A DNA stretch of 64,000 bases from Patescibacteria group bacterium (GTDB lineage: Bacteria; Patescibacteriota; Patescibacteriia; Patescibacteriales; UBA12075): contig JAHILH010000005.1 of the NCBI GenBank assembly GCA_018897195.1, positions 64,745 through 128,744 of the forward strand, written 5' to 3'. The notes beneath the pieces were generated by a model. It was not told the DNA's origin, did no database searches, and worked only from the letters and a program-made list of their open reading frames with translations. Positions 57,301 through 64,000 of the stretch are shown piece after piece. The position numbers and the translations under genes are program-made. The number at the start of each line of letters is the position of its first letter. Positions within the stretch are counted from its first letter, which is position 1.

Positions 57301-60300
57301 TTAACACAACCCCCTGTCGATAAATTTTGACCGTTAACTATAGACGTACAAGTAGTCCAAGCTGTCGCTCCAGCACAATCACTGGTCGCACACGATCTAG
57401 CCTTCATGGCAATAGTCTGACCATTCGGTGTCGCATTCCAACCAAGATTGCCCCAAGCATTGTTTTTTTGGCCAGTGTTAATAAAACCAGAAGTAAAAAT
57501 ACCAGAAGTTTGATATAAAATATCTAATAATGACGAAGCAATAACGGAATTAAGGGTGAAAATTTGACCATAATCACTCAGTGATAGTGCAGTTTGACGA
57601 GATCCGTCGGCGGACATAGCCACAGATTTCCAATTTCGAGCTGAATCTTTCGCGGTCCAAGTATTGCCATAATCTGTGGAGATATAAATTTGACCATTGT
57701 CAACGACTGCCGTTTGACGAGAGCCGTCGGCGGACATAGCCACGGAAGACCAATTTCGAGCTGAATCTTTCGCGGTCCAAGTATTGCCATAATCTGTGGA
57801 GATATAAATCTGACTACTCAAAGCAGTAGCCGTTTGGCGAGAACCGTCGGCAGACATGGCCACGGAAGACCAATTTCGAGCTGAATCTTTCGCGGTCCAA
57901 GTATTGCCATAATCTGTGGAGATATATATTTGACCACCATTAACGACTGCCGTTTGGCGAGAACCGTCGGCAGACATGGCCACGGAAGACCAATTTCGAG
58001 CTGAATCTTTCGCGGTCCAAGTATTGCCATAATCTGTGGAGATATAAATCTGACTACTTAAAGCAGTAGCCGTTTGACGAGAACCGTCGGCAGACATGGC
58101 CACGGAAGACCAAGCATTGGTAGCAATTTTTTCTATCCAGTTTTTGCCGTAATCAGCCGAAACATAAACTTTGTCGTTTGCGGCAACTGCAGTTTGATAA
58201 GATCCATTAGCAGACATTGCGCTGGCTTGCCAAGACTTGCCACCCTTTTTTACTGCCCACGTATTTCCATAATCAGCAGAAAAGAGAATGTTTTTATTAA
58301 ACATACTGCCAACCGTAACTTGCGTCGCCCCATCTGACGTCATAGATATTGATGTTAAATAGCTAATATTTTTTGTCGTCCAGGTGTTGCCATAATCAGT
58401 TGATATTTGCATTTGTGCCCCATAGCCCACTACAGTTTGACGAGAGCCGTCGGCAGATATATCAACAGAACGCCAAGTTCCGGATAAACCTTTCGCTGTC
58501 CAAGTATTACCAAAATCAGTGGAGATATAAATTTGACCATTGTCAACGACTGCCGTTTGACGAGAGCCGTCGGCGGACATAGCCACAGATTTCCAATTTC
58601 GAGCTGAATCTTTCGCGGTCCAAGTATTGCCATAATCTGTGGAGATATAAATTTGGCCATTCAAGGCAGTAGCCGTTTGACGAGAGCCGTCGGCGGACAT
58701 GGCCACGGAAGACCAATTTCTAACGGAATTTTTCGCAATCCAGGTGTTGCCAAAATCGGTGGAAATATAGACTTGACCATTGTTAACTACGGCCGTTTGC
58801 TTGGCACCATCTGCCGACATAGCAATAGCCGACCATTTATTTTTTAAGCCTTTAGCCGTCCAGGTATTACCATAATCATCAGAAATATAAATTTTATCAT
58901 CATATGTTACCGCTGTTTGGTAGGACCCATCAGCTGACATTGCCACAGAAGTCCAATATGCATTGACACCTCTTTTAGCCCACGTATTACCAAAATCACT
59001 AGACGTATAAATCTGACTTCCATAAGCCACTGCGATTTGGCGAGAACCATCACCGGAAATTGCAACCGAGGTCCAGTCAAAATTTGGCTCATTTGAGCTC
59101 AAATTATTAGTATAATTGCTAGTTCTATCATAATCTCCCGAAAAATTATTAGATTTTAAAAACACCCGACCGCTTCCGCCGGAACCATTTTTTATATGAT
59201 CACCAATACCGCCCGCAACATTGACACTGCTCACTGCTAAATTTAGCGAATTACCGGCTAAATAAATTGAACCGCCACCACCACCTGCACCTGTGGCTAG
59301 CGTTGTTCCATTGGCCGACACAGAACTAGTCAAAGAAATAGCATCTGCCATTATGTAAATAACTCCTCCACCGTTGCCACCGCTTGTTACTGGCGTACCG
59401 GAATTAAAACCTCCAGCACTTCCCAAATAAAGCTTGGTCAGACTATCATCTCCATAAACACCTCCACCGGTATATAAGGCATCACCAACAATCTCGCCAA
59501 CATTGCTATGACTACCGCCACCAGCCAAATAACTATACACCGTCCAGCAATCAAATTCGTCACACTCGATATAACTCTTATAATAACTTCCGCCACCGCC
59601 TAAATTATTGAAGCCATCTATGCCGCCGCCTAAACCGCTATAAGATTCTCCCTGTCTCGTTGTTAAATCACCACCTCGATATCCCTTTCCAGACATTGTA
59701 ATACTCCCGCCACCCTGGACGTTCACCGCCCCATTGGCAAAAAAAGTTAAAGCACCACCATTAACACCATTCCAATTATTAGCTGTCAAGCTACCACCGG
59801 ACTGAATAGTAACATTGGAATACTGCGGAATCCGCTGTACAATTAATTTTTGATTAGTAGTCGCTGTTCCAATATTCGTATCACCATTTATCTTATTGCC
59901 GTAATATTTCTTCTTATTACTAGTAAAGGTAATAATATTAGTCGATATTGATTGTATGCTAAGAATCTCATAATTTCCGACATTATCGATATTAACGCCA
60001 TCCCCTTGAATATTTAAAAGCATTATTTTATCACCAATGGCATAACAACCAGCCGTCGGCGTAGCAGAAAGCGTAACCGTCGTCGTTGACACAGCAACAG
60101 CATTATAGCTAACACCATCAGCACAGACTCTTCCCCCATTGCCATTGCTATCAACATTTATATTTTTTGCACTTAAAATTGTCCATGATCCATCCACGCC
60201 ATTTCCACTTTGCCCTGGTAAAACTGATAATTGTACACTACTTGTCGCACCCACGGTCCCCACCGGCAAAACACTAACCTTACCAGAATCAGTATCAACA

Positions 60301-60803
60301 CCCGCTAAATTAAATCCAGTAGTCGTCGTACTATTATTTGTCTGAGTTATCGAATTAGTCGAAGATGCTAAAGAAATCTGCCCTGCCCCAGCCATAATTC
60401 CCGCCTCCTTTGATGAATATTTTGTCCAGCCACTTTGACTAAGTGCATGACTAGCTAAAGCCGCTGGATCTTCAGTCAACCACCCACCCTGACTAAAATC
60501 ATAAGACGCCGCAAACGAGCTCAGCACCGGTCCGGTCGACAGATTAATAATCAGCGCTGCAATCACCGTTGTCGTCACTACCGTGCCTAAACCAAGAGAA
60601 ATCTTGCGTAATTTATCCTGAAATTGGCGCAAAGCAGAATAGGAATCAAAGGTAATATCGCAATGAATCTTACCGCTCTCGTCTTTTTTATAAGATTCAA
60701 TCCGGTAATAATTATAGTGTGTTGATTTAAAAATAAGATGAAAATAATCTACCATCTTGATTTTAAGCTTATTCAGCTTAAGCATTAAACTCTCCTTAGA
60801 CAT
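51327..60803 (-). CDS. Giant (3158 aa) membrane-anchored surface protein: Gly-rich beta-helix-like region, ~13 BNR/Asp-box-like 40-aa propeller repeats, ~13 FN3/PAP-N-like modules, and an internal coiled coil
   Basis: Single uninterrupted ORF. TM segment LGTVVTTTVIAALIINL. Repeats of the form SxDxGxTW (STDYGNTWTAKD...). Modules of the form V.W.T.E..(T/S)S.V.YG....H.V.L.(G/N)L...T.YYY.V.S.D..GN....F.T. Confidence 0.85.
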   Translation of the reverse strand: MSKESLMLKLNKLKIKMVDYFHLIFKSTHYNYYRIESYKKDESGKIHCDITFDSYSALRQFQDKLRKISLGLGTVVTTTVIAALIINLSTGPVLSSFAASYDFSQGGWLTEDPAALASHALSQSGWTKYSSKEAGIMAGAGQISLASSTNSITQTNNSTTTTGFNLAGVDTDSGKVSVLPVGTVGATSSVQLSVLPGQSGNGVDGSWTILSAKNINVDSNGNGGRVCADGVSYNAVAVSTTTVTLSATPTAGCYAIGDKIMLLNIQGDGVNIDNVGNYEILSIQSISTNIITFTSNKKKYYGNKINGDTNIGTATTNQKLIVQRIPQYSNVTIQSGGSLTANNWNGVNGGALTFFANGAVNVQGGGSITMSGKGYRGGDLTTRQGESYSGLGGGIDGFNNLGGGGSYYKSYIECDEFDCWTVYSYLAGGGSHSNVGEIVGDALYTGGGVYGDDSLTKLYLGSAGGFNSGTPVTSGGNGGGVIYIMADAISLTSSVSANGTTLATGAGGGGGSIYLAGNSLNLAVSSVNVAGGIGDHIKNGSGGSGRVFLKSNNFSGDYDRTSNYTNNLSSNEPNFDWTSVAISGDGSRQIAVAYGSQIYTSSDFGNTWAKRGVNAYWTSVAMSADGSYQTAVTYDDKIYISDDYGNTWTAKGLKNKWSAIAMSADGAKQTAVVNNGQVYISTDFGNTWIAKNSVRNWSSVAMSADGSRQTATALNGQIYISTDYGNTWTAKDSARNWKSVAMSADGSRQTAVVDNGQIYISTDFGNTWTAKGLSGTWRSVDISADGSRQTVVGYGAQMQISTDYGNTWTTKNISYLTSISMTSDGATQVTVGSMFNKNILFSADYGNTWAVKKGGKSWQASAMSANGSYQTAVAANDKVYVSADYGKNWIEKIATNAWSSVAMSADGSRQTATALSSQIYISTDYGNTWTAKDSARNWSSVAMSADGSRQTAVVNGGQIYISTDYGNTWTAKDSARNWSSVAMSADGSRQTATALSSQIYISTDYGNTWTAKDSARNWSSVAMSADGSRQTAVVDNGQIYISTDYGNTWTAKDSARNWKSVAMSADGSRQTALSLSDYGQIFTLNSVIASSLLDILYQTSGIFTSGFINTGQKNNAWGNLGWNATPNGQTIAMKARSCATSDCAGATAWTTCTSIVNGQNLSTGGCVNSGDRYIQYQAAFSSTDETATPILNDVTIGFINFPTAASLISSPYNSSDATNMLSKITWAQGSKPAGTDIKFQIRTAPNSGIVPGTWTSWEGPDGTSDSYFINYDGLDIMPVNFQTGDNDQWFQYKITLISDGVSAPSISAVNMIYVINAAPTVSSVTAEQLTANATTTTPQGDILAPAGSVVINASVVDVDTDQGSYAGGAMRNRVEVSLKYYDSGVWTDIATSAVQGLLSDSVSTHYLDQVSTSTPHTFNLIWNPGDGFNNHENDIDFKIQIVASDKEAANSIGTSSSLIFPVDAKAPTVDTDSDSYNVLKVDARQTGAMAADEVKITFKATDISDTYYRYSLSSSTVNGLLLADGLNIDSGQWILDNGIKSGASTTIKVIASTTAVYIQYKDSLNNFDQNFYDAIIPPRVTSIMVQDVTNTYITPSDVHLYLAWKESVMPVGGVNVGEFKAYHVERAEYATDPGVNFTPLNSDFAPLGISTDRHVNFFTDSNVVKDYHYYYRVYLEDGVGNYSYYTSKSDTNIVMHGVPNGIQDFGEGGGGTSVGVPPVITSVEIIEILTTQAEIVWNTSVLSNSSVEYIATTTVPVLAGFANAPFKGIATMLNDNNGLGKHRVVIDGLDSNTEYYFRVKSTSADGTEGSSLDETYHFTTLDGPKIASSTIIVTGKTNNSMTIVWATDIPANSFVGYSLDPNMISPAPVEVGQDDSETSHSVTLNSLKQGTRYYFYVKSGTGKDNNLGQYYSDMTTSDATPPGNTNINSQVKRTSAVVTWQADEVSRSIFSYGTSTNDYAIGISNDILTTTHLVDLANLKSDTTYYYQLFSVDASGNVSATTTGEFTTEGISLTDVIASTTSETAVKITWSTNENTSSQVEYNSDPAFPTLTSAFEPMYPSDSTKNHEIEISGLVQSTKYYYRVISTTADNYTTQSPLYYFTSGDLIAPVISGVIAINVSSNGATINWQTDETANSIVEWGTSTANYLASTSDDIMTRTHSVNISGLNAFTDYYFRVTSFDTNSNATTSAEYSLKTSNLKITNVFASAATTTTIISWDTDQAATSQVEYTTNANFIGSNFSTDATATTTHIITLSSLSDGTVYYYKVRSVKDGYSQESPVYTFSTTDQTVPVIETSPQVSIITDTTATIFWETNETSDSVVHYGETTGGPYVSENSSRLSTLHFLKLSGLTASTTYYYYAKSQDGGGNLATSSEYSFTTLATQVTHEELVNPGDPTVIQSDTEAIVSIPNTNTTATSKICYSTLVGINMDTCTGLTILTPTRTHSYYLTNLIASTTYYIKTKTIDSEDGNKNFTSNEVSFKTLAIRYTGDDLAEKQNLIDSLELQLLSLQDKAYTEVEMQARIAEINSLSEQLSNATAGMHTDAELQEKINKINELQSQLNLVNSKSGGGALIIDKTDKTAPVISNVKIVEQGDVYAKIVWSTNEESSSMVGYGLSSDYDSAESDYQSYLKRIKNHVIYLKKLSPNTTYHFSAVSADSWGNMSASPDFALTTLAAGEEAKKDVAAEVKKDAENTLTKIQEMINELLSSGKVNPEDIRAAIQKTGEPPMISGAGPEISNVTAKSVTIAWKTNRKSNSIISYYIESMGRDSAEQVGNYSALVTDHTVNISNLAPGRKYVFVAQSVDALGNIGASDQKSFETTGIPFVSEVSMSNITNTSIEISWLSNTETTSELDYGSTPAYGQTAKADSNNSVVNHSLRLSDLKSGQTYHFKAKGASRKGDVISSDDYTFTTLTSFDVLTYSINKITDKSANVTWKTTNESTSEIEYTNITSKVTDSMRSGDFTKDHEIKLVNLFPGTRYTFKIKGKDKHDQATESKGFEFSTLIDTQAPIIEYVQTDMALISKGDQNSVQAVVTWKTNEPSTSEIIYAEGGAKNLPTLDSTDNAASSTGKKVSTEEVSVGNDKFTIAKDGGSLTSKHVLVITDFKPSTVYTFKARSIDEAGNVSYSKDYTVLAPSKEESVLQIIIKTFEDTFGWLKMK
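57560..59090 (-). repeat. In-frame 120-bp tandem repeats (40-aa BNR-like blades) inside the giant gene, several nearly identical
   Basis: Units start at about 57601, 57721, 57841, 57961 and 58561. They share an identical block of about 55 nt (caatttcgagctgaatctttcgcggtccaagtattgccataatctgtggagata). Alternating variants give a 240-bp super-repeat. Confidence 0.85.
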
Positions 60804-60905
60804 AGGAATTGTCGCACAATCACGCCATCATTGCTCACCTGGGGAGGAGTGCCAATTTGCGAGTTGTGAAGGTTATGTTATTTTATATAAATTTTAAATT
60901 ATATT

Positions 60906-61319
60906 TTAAAGAAGTTTAACTACTCCTTTTTTCTGATTCAAGAAATCCTCAGCCTTACTAAAAACATCCTTCACCCAATTACAGTATTCACGTGCTTCTT
61001 TTTCTGAAACCACCAAGCCACCACTATACAAATCAAAGTTTCTTTTCTTTCTCATTTCATTACCGATAATGCTAACATCTGGCTCATGCAAAATTACCGC
61101 CAATTTATCAACCAACTCAATATGATGCCCAGCTTTTGACTTCACTCGCAAACCTTCGTGAGCGCAAACAGTAATCGCTAATTTCAATAATGCATCATAG
61201 CTAAATTTAAATTGCACATCAATAATATCAGAGCCAATGGCAATTTTTAAATCCCTTTTGGCCGAAAGAAAATATTTCTCGGTTTGACTTGGCTTAAATT
61301 CAAATTTCTCAAATGTCAT
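60906..61319 (-). CDS. HEPN-like small protein, putative partner of the upstream nucleotidyltransferase (toxin-antitoxin-like pair)
   Basis: 137 aa. Its start overlaps the upstream stop (ATGA at 61316-61319). The motif EMRKKRNFDLY resembles HEPN-type R..RN...Y signatures. The assignment is tentative. Confidence 0.45.
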   Translation of the reverse strand: MTFEKFEFKPSQTEKYFLSAKRDLKIAIGSDIIDVQFKFSYDALLKLAITVCAHEGLRVKSKAGHHIELVDKLAVILHEPDVSIIGNEMRKKRNFDLYSGGLVVSEKEAREYCNWVKDVFSKAEDFLNQKKGVVKLL

Positions 61320-61861
61320 AAGATTTTGATTATTTTATTTGCAAAAATATTGCTTATAAATTCATCTTTGTTGCTTTTTTTCTTAATCAACTCTTTCTTG
61401 GTTAAATTAACAATATTTATCTCCCGTCCAATCTGCTTTTCAATCTTGGCTAATTTTTTCCGCGCTCCGATTGCCGATTGATCACCGACCAATAATAAAT
61501 CAATATCACTCTCGTCGCCAAAGCCACCTTTGGCATAAGAACCAAAAATATAAACCTCTTTCACTCCATCAACCTCCATGATCGCATCGGCAATAATCTT
61601 GCCAAAGCCGTATTTAAAATTATAAAGCCGTTCGACTTCTTTCAGTAAGGAAAAATCTTTGTTTAAAAAGTAGTATTTCTGATTACCCCTTAATTCGCTA
61701 GCCAAAATACCCTCTCGCTCCAATTCCTTCAACTTCTTATCAATATTTCCCGGATCAATCTCTAATATTTTCGCCAATTCATTGATGTAATTCTGCTTAT
61801 TGCGATTCAAGAAGAAATAACCCAATATTTTGACCGTTACCTGTGATTTTATTTCAAACAT
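61316..61861 (-). CDS. wHTH-fused minimal nucleotidyltransferase (MNT family)
   Basis: N-terminal wHTH NYINELAKILEIDPGNIDKKLKELEREGIL. NTase motif YIFGSYAKGGFGDESDIDLLLV. Confidence 0.75.
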   Translation of the reverse strand: MFEIKSQVTVKILGYFFLNRNKQNYINELAKILEIDPGNIDKKLKELEREGILASELRGNQKYYFLNKDFSLLKEVERLYNFKYGFGKIIADAIMEVDGVKEVYIFGSYAKGGFGDESDIDLLLVGDQSAIGARKKLAKIEKQIGREINIVNLTKKELIKKKSNKDEFISNIFANKIIKIL

Positions 61862-61968
61862 ATTATTGTAATTGTTTACTATAATTATAGTTAAATCTTA
61901 CCATAATATTAATATTTGTCAATGGATTATGGGTGGTGATAAATTGTCATCTCCCTTCAGTATCAACC

Positions 61969-61985
61969 GGTCACAATTTGTGACC
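61969..61985. promoter_or_regulatory. Perfect palindrome ggtcacaa-t-ttgtgacc (possible operator)
   Basis: 8-bp arms. Shares the core acaatttgt with the palindrome at 62021-62041. Lies upstream of the MNT/HEPN operon. Confidence 0.4.
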
Positions 61986-62020
61986 ACTTCAGTTTCTATC
62001 AATTTTTTAGTCAGTTCTAT

Positions 62021-62041
62021 CTAGGGACAATTTGTCCCTAG
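62021..62041. promoter_or_regulatory. Perfect palindrome ctagggacaa-t-ttgtccctag (possible operator)
   Basis: 10-bp arms with the same acaatttgt core. Confidence 0.4.
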
Positions 62042-62136
62042 ATACTTATATGCAATAAAAAAACTAAAAACAATAATAAAATTTCTTTTGATAAAAATTT
62101 ACTTTTGTTTTTAGTTTTTATTTTTAGCTTTAGTTT

Positions 62137-62514
62137 TTACTTTAGTATTTCCTCTATTTTTTTCACCAAATCACTGGGCGTCATCGTTGTTTTCAATAGA
62201 AACAAATCTGCACCCAGTTCCATAGCTTCTTTTTTGTCCTCCTGACTATCCAGATTTGAAAAAGCAATCAAGGGAATTGCGGAAACATTTTTGTCTTTTT
62301 TGACTTTTTCAATCAAATAAAAACCATCATACCAAGGCATGACAATATCTGTGATAATCAAGTCTGGTCTCTGAGCTAGAATTTTTTTGTAGCCCTCCTT
62401 GCCATTATTTGCTGAGATTACTTGAAACCCGGCAAAAAATAATCCCTTTTTATACAAATCTACTATTAAAAGATCGTCATCAACGATAATAATCTTTTTT
62501 TCTCGATTGCTCAT
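62137..62514 (-). CDS. Single-domain response regulator (receiver only)
   Basis: KIIIVDDD, phospho-acceptor context PDLIITDIVMPWYDG. No output domain and no adjacent kinase. Confidence 0.8.
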   Translation of the reverse strand: MSNREKKIIIVDDDLLIVDLYKKGLFFAGFQVISANNGKEGYKKILAQRPDLIITDIVMPWYDGFYLIEKVKKDKNVSAIPLIAFSNLDSQEDKKEAMELGADLFLLKTTMTPSDLVKKIEEILK

Positions 62515-62678
62515 AGATTAGTATTTAAATAAGTTATTAACACTTTAGTATATTATAACATTTTTTCACTTTTTTTTGAAATTTTTTAAATCGGCAGAGC
62601 GCGCTCGCCCTTGCCTTATCCCTTTTTATTATGTATAATAATTTTGTTCTAAAAAATTTTATTCAATTACTATAAAAT

Positions 62679-64000
62679 ATGGCTAAGAAAACTATAAAAG
62701 AGACAGAAGTCGCTTTGACAAATAGCACACCAGGAAATTTTATTCGCGTCAAAGGTGCGCGTGTGCACAATCTCAAGAATATTGATATCAATATCCCCCG
62801 CGACAAATTTGTCGTAATTACCGGCCTATCCGGTTCGGGCAAGTCTTCTTTGGCCTTTGACACTATTTACGCCGAAGGACAGCGCCGTTATGTCGAGTCT
62901 TTATCTGCTTATGCCCGTCAATTTGTCGGTCTCATGGACAAACCTGATGCGGACTCTATCGAGGGTCTCTCCCCTGCGATTTCCATTGATCAAAAAACCG
63001 CCCCTCACAATCCTCGCTCAACCGTCGGCACCATTACCGAAATTTACGACTACTTACGCTTATTATACGCCCGCATCGGCGTCCCGCACTGTCCAGAATG
63101 CGGCAAAAAGATTGAGCAATTCACCATTGATGAAATCAACGAACAAATCACCAAAAATTATTTAGGCAAAAATATCATCATTTTAGCGCCGATTATTAAG
63201 GACAAAAAAGGCGAACACAAAAATCTTTTGACCAGCATTGAGAAAGCCGGCTACTCCAAGGTCCGTTTTGATAATGCTATTTATACTATTGAAGAATTTG
63301 CTGACAAAACAGTTGACAAGAATAAGAAACACACTCTGGAAATCGTCATTGACCGCCCGACCGTCTCCAAAGACAAGGAAGATAAGGCGCGTTTGGCGGA
63401 GGCAATTGAACATGCGACTAAATTCGGTGAGGGCTTGGTCAATGTTTTAGACGTTGATACTGACAAAACACGCACCTATTCTCAATTATATGCCTGCCCG
63501 ACTTGCGACATCAGCTTGCCAGAATTGGAACCCCGCAATTTCTCTTTCAATTCTCCCCATGGCGCATGTCCTGAATGTGGTGGCCTGGGCACAAAACTAG
63601 AAATCGAACAAAAACTGATTTTCAATCCCAATTTAACCATCGCCCAGGGCGGCATCAAACCTTGGTCGCACAATAGTGCTTCGAATCAAACCTGGCTCAT
63701 GCGCATCCTAGGCACTGTTGCCCAAAAGAATGGTTTTGATTTAAATACACCCATTAAAGATCTAACCAAAAAACAATTAGAAATCGTGATGTACGGCACC
63801 GGTGATAAAAATTATGATATTGAATACGAGAGTAACCGCTTCTCCGGCGAAATGGCAACTAGTTTTGAAGGTGTCATTCCTAATCTTGAACGACGTTACA
63901 AACAAACCGAATCGGATTACACTCGCAAGGAAATCGAGCAATATATGCGCGTCTTGAAATGTCCTGAGTGTAATGGCAAACGTTTGAAGCGCGAAATCCT
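62679..64000 (+). CDS. uvrA: Excinuclease ABC subunit A, N-terminal part (continues past the right edge)
   Basis: Not in the ORF track because it is open at the edge. Hand translation: MAKKTIKE...IRVKGARVHNLKNIDINIPRDKFVVITGLSGSGKSSLAFDTIYAEGQRRYVESLSAYARQF... with Zn-finger cysteines CPECG, CPTC and CPECGG. Confidence 0.95.
   Translation, partial: MAKKTIKETEVALTNSTPGNFIRVKGARVHNLKNIDINIPRDKFVVITGLSGSGKSSLAFDTIYAEGQRRYVESLSAYARQFVGLMDKPDADSIEGLSPAISIDQKTAPHNPRSTVGTITEIYDYLRLLYARIGVPHCPECGKKIEQFTIDEINEQITKNYLGKNIIILAPIIKDKKGEHKNLLTSIEKAGYSKVRFDNAIYTIEEFADKTVDKNKKHTLEIVIDRPTVSKDKEDKARLAEAIEHATKFGEGLVNVLDVDTDKTRTYSQLYACPTCDISLPELEPRNFSFNSPHGACPECGGLGTKLEIEQKLIFNPNLTIAQGGIKPWSHNSASNQTWLMRILGTVAQKNGFDLNTPIKDLTKKQLEIVMYGTGDKNYDIEYESNRFSGEMATSFEGVIPNLERRYKQTESDYTRKEIEQYMRVLKCPECNGKRLKREI

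Noticed and set aside
57560-59090. Regularly spaced near-identical repeats, checked as a possible CRISPR array
   Set aside because: The period is exactly 120 bp and in frame within a continuous 9.5 kb ORF. The variable patches are homologous to each other rather than unique spacers. No cas genes are present. These are protein repeats.

Overview
This is 64 kb of a low-GC, gene-dense bacterial chromosome. Most genes are minus-strand housekeeping genes readable in the standard code: rluB/rsuA-like, ftsH, greA, clpP, nrnA-like, rbfA, infB, truB, proS, ilvE, pheA, tsaC, gyrA and uvrA. The gene content (seven tandem VirB2/TrbC-like small pilins, a 3158-aa repeat-built surface protein, sparse metabolism) resembles a Patescibacteria/CPR-type genome, but that is inference and needs a search to confirm. 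One tRNA, Ser(CGA), was found. I saw no rRNA and no CRISPR array. Accessory regions: (1) The left 6.1 kb holds a partial type I R-M hsdM, duplicated small membrane proteins, a ToxR-like regulator with a structured leader, and an integrase module abutting tRNA-Ser. The genes upstream of the integrase are open only if TGA is read as a sense codon, and sequence context favours Gly (table-25-like). The integrase and every host gene contain no in-frame TGA, and host genes use TGA as a stop. This is the most unusual signal in the window. (2) 34.6-39.7 kb looks more GC-rich by eye. It carries an orphan 411-aa protein, a HelD-like helicase, and a two-gene radical-SAM/SPASM RiPP cassette with a 27-aa precursor ORF absent from the ORF track. 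(3) A seven-gene pilin array sits at 17.8-20.8 kb. (4) A 9.5 kb giant surface-protein gene with near-identical internal repeats lies next to an extended ABC ATPase and an FtsX-type permease. (5) A wHTH-nucleotidyltransferase/HEPN-like pair has palindromic sites upstream. (6) Several MITE-like or REP-like intergenic repeats are present. All calls come from hand translation and motif recognition; no database search or computation was run.
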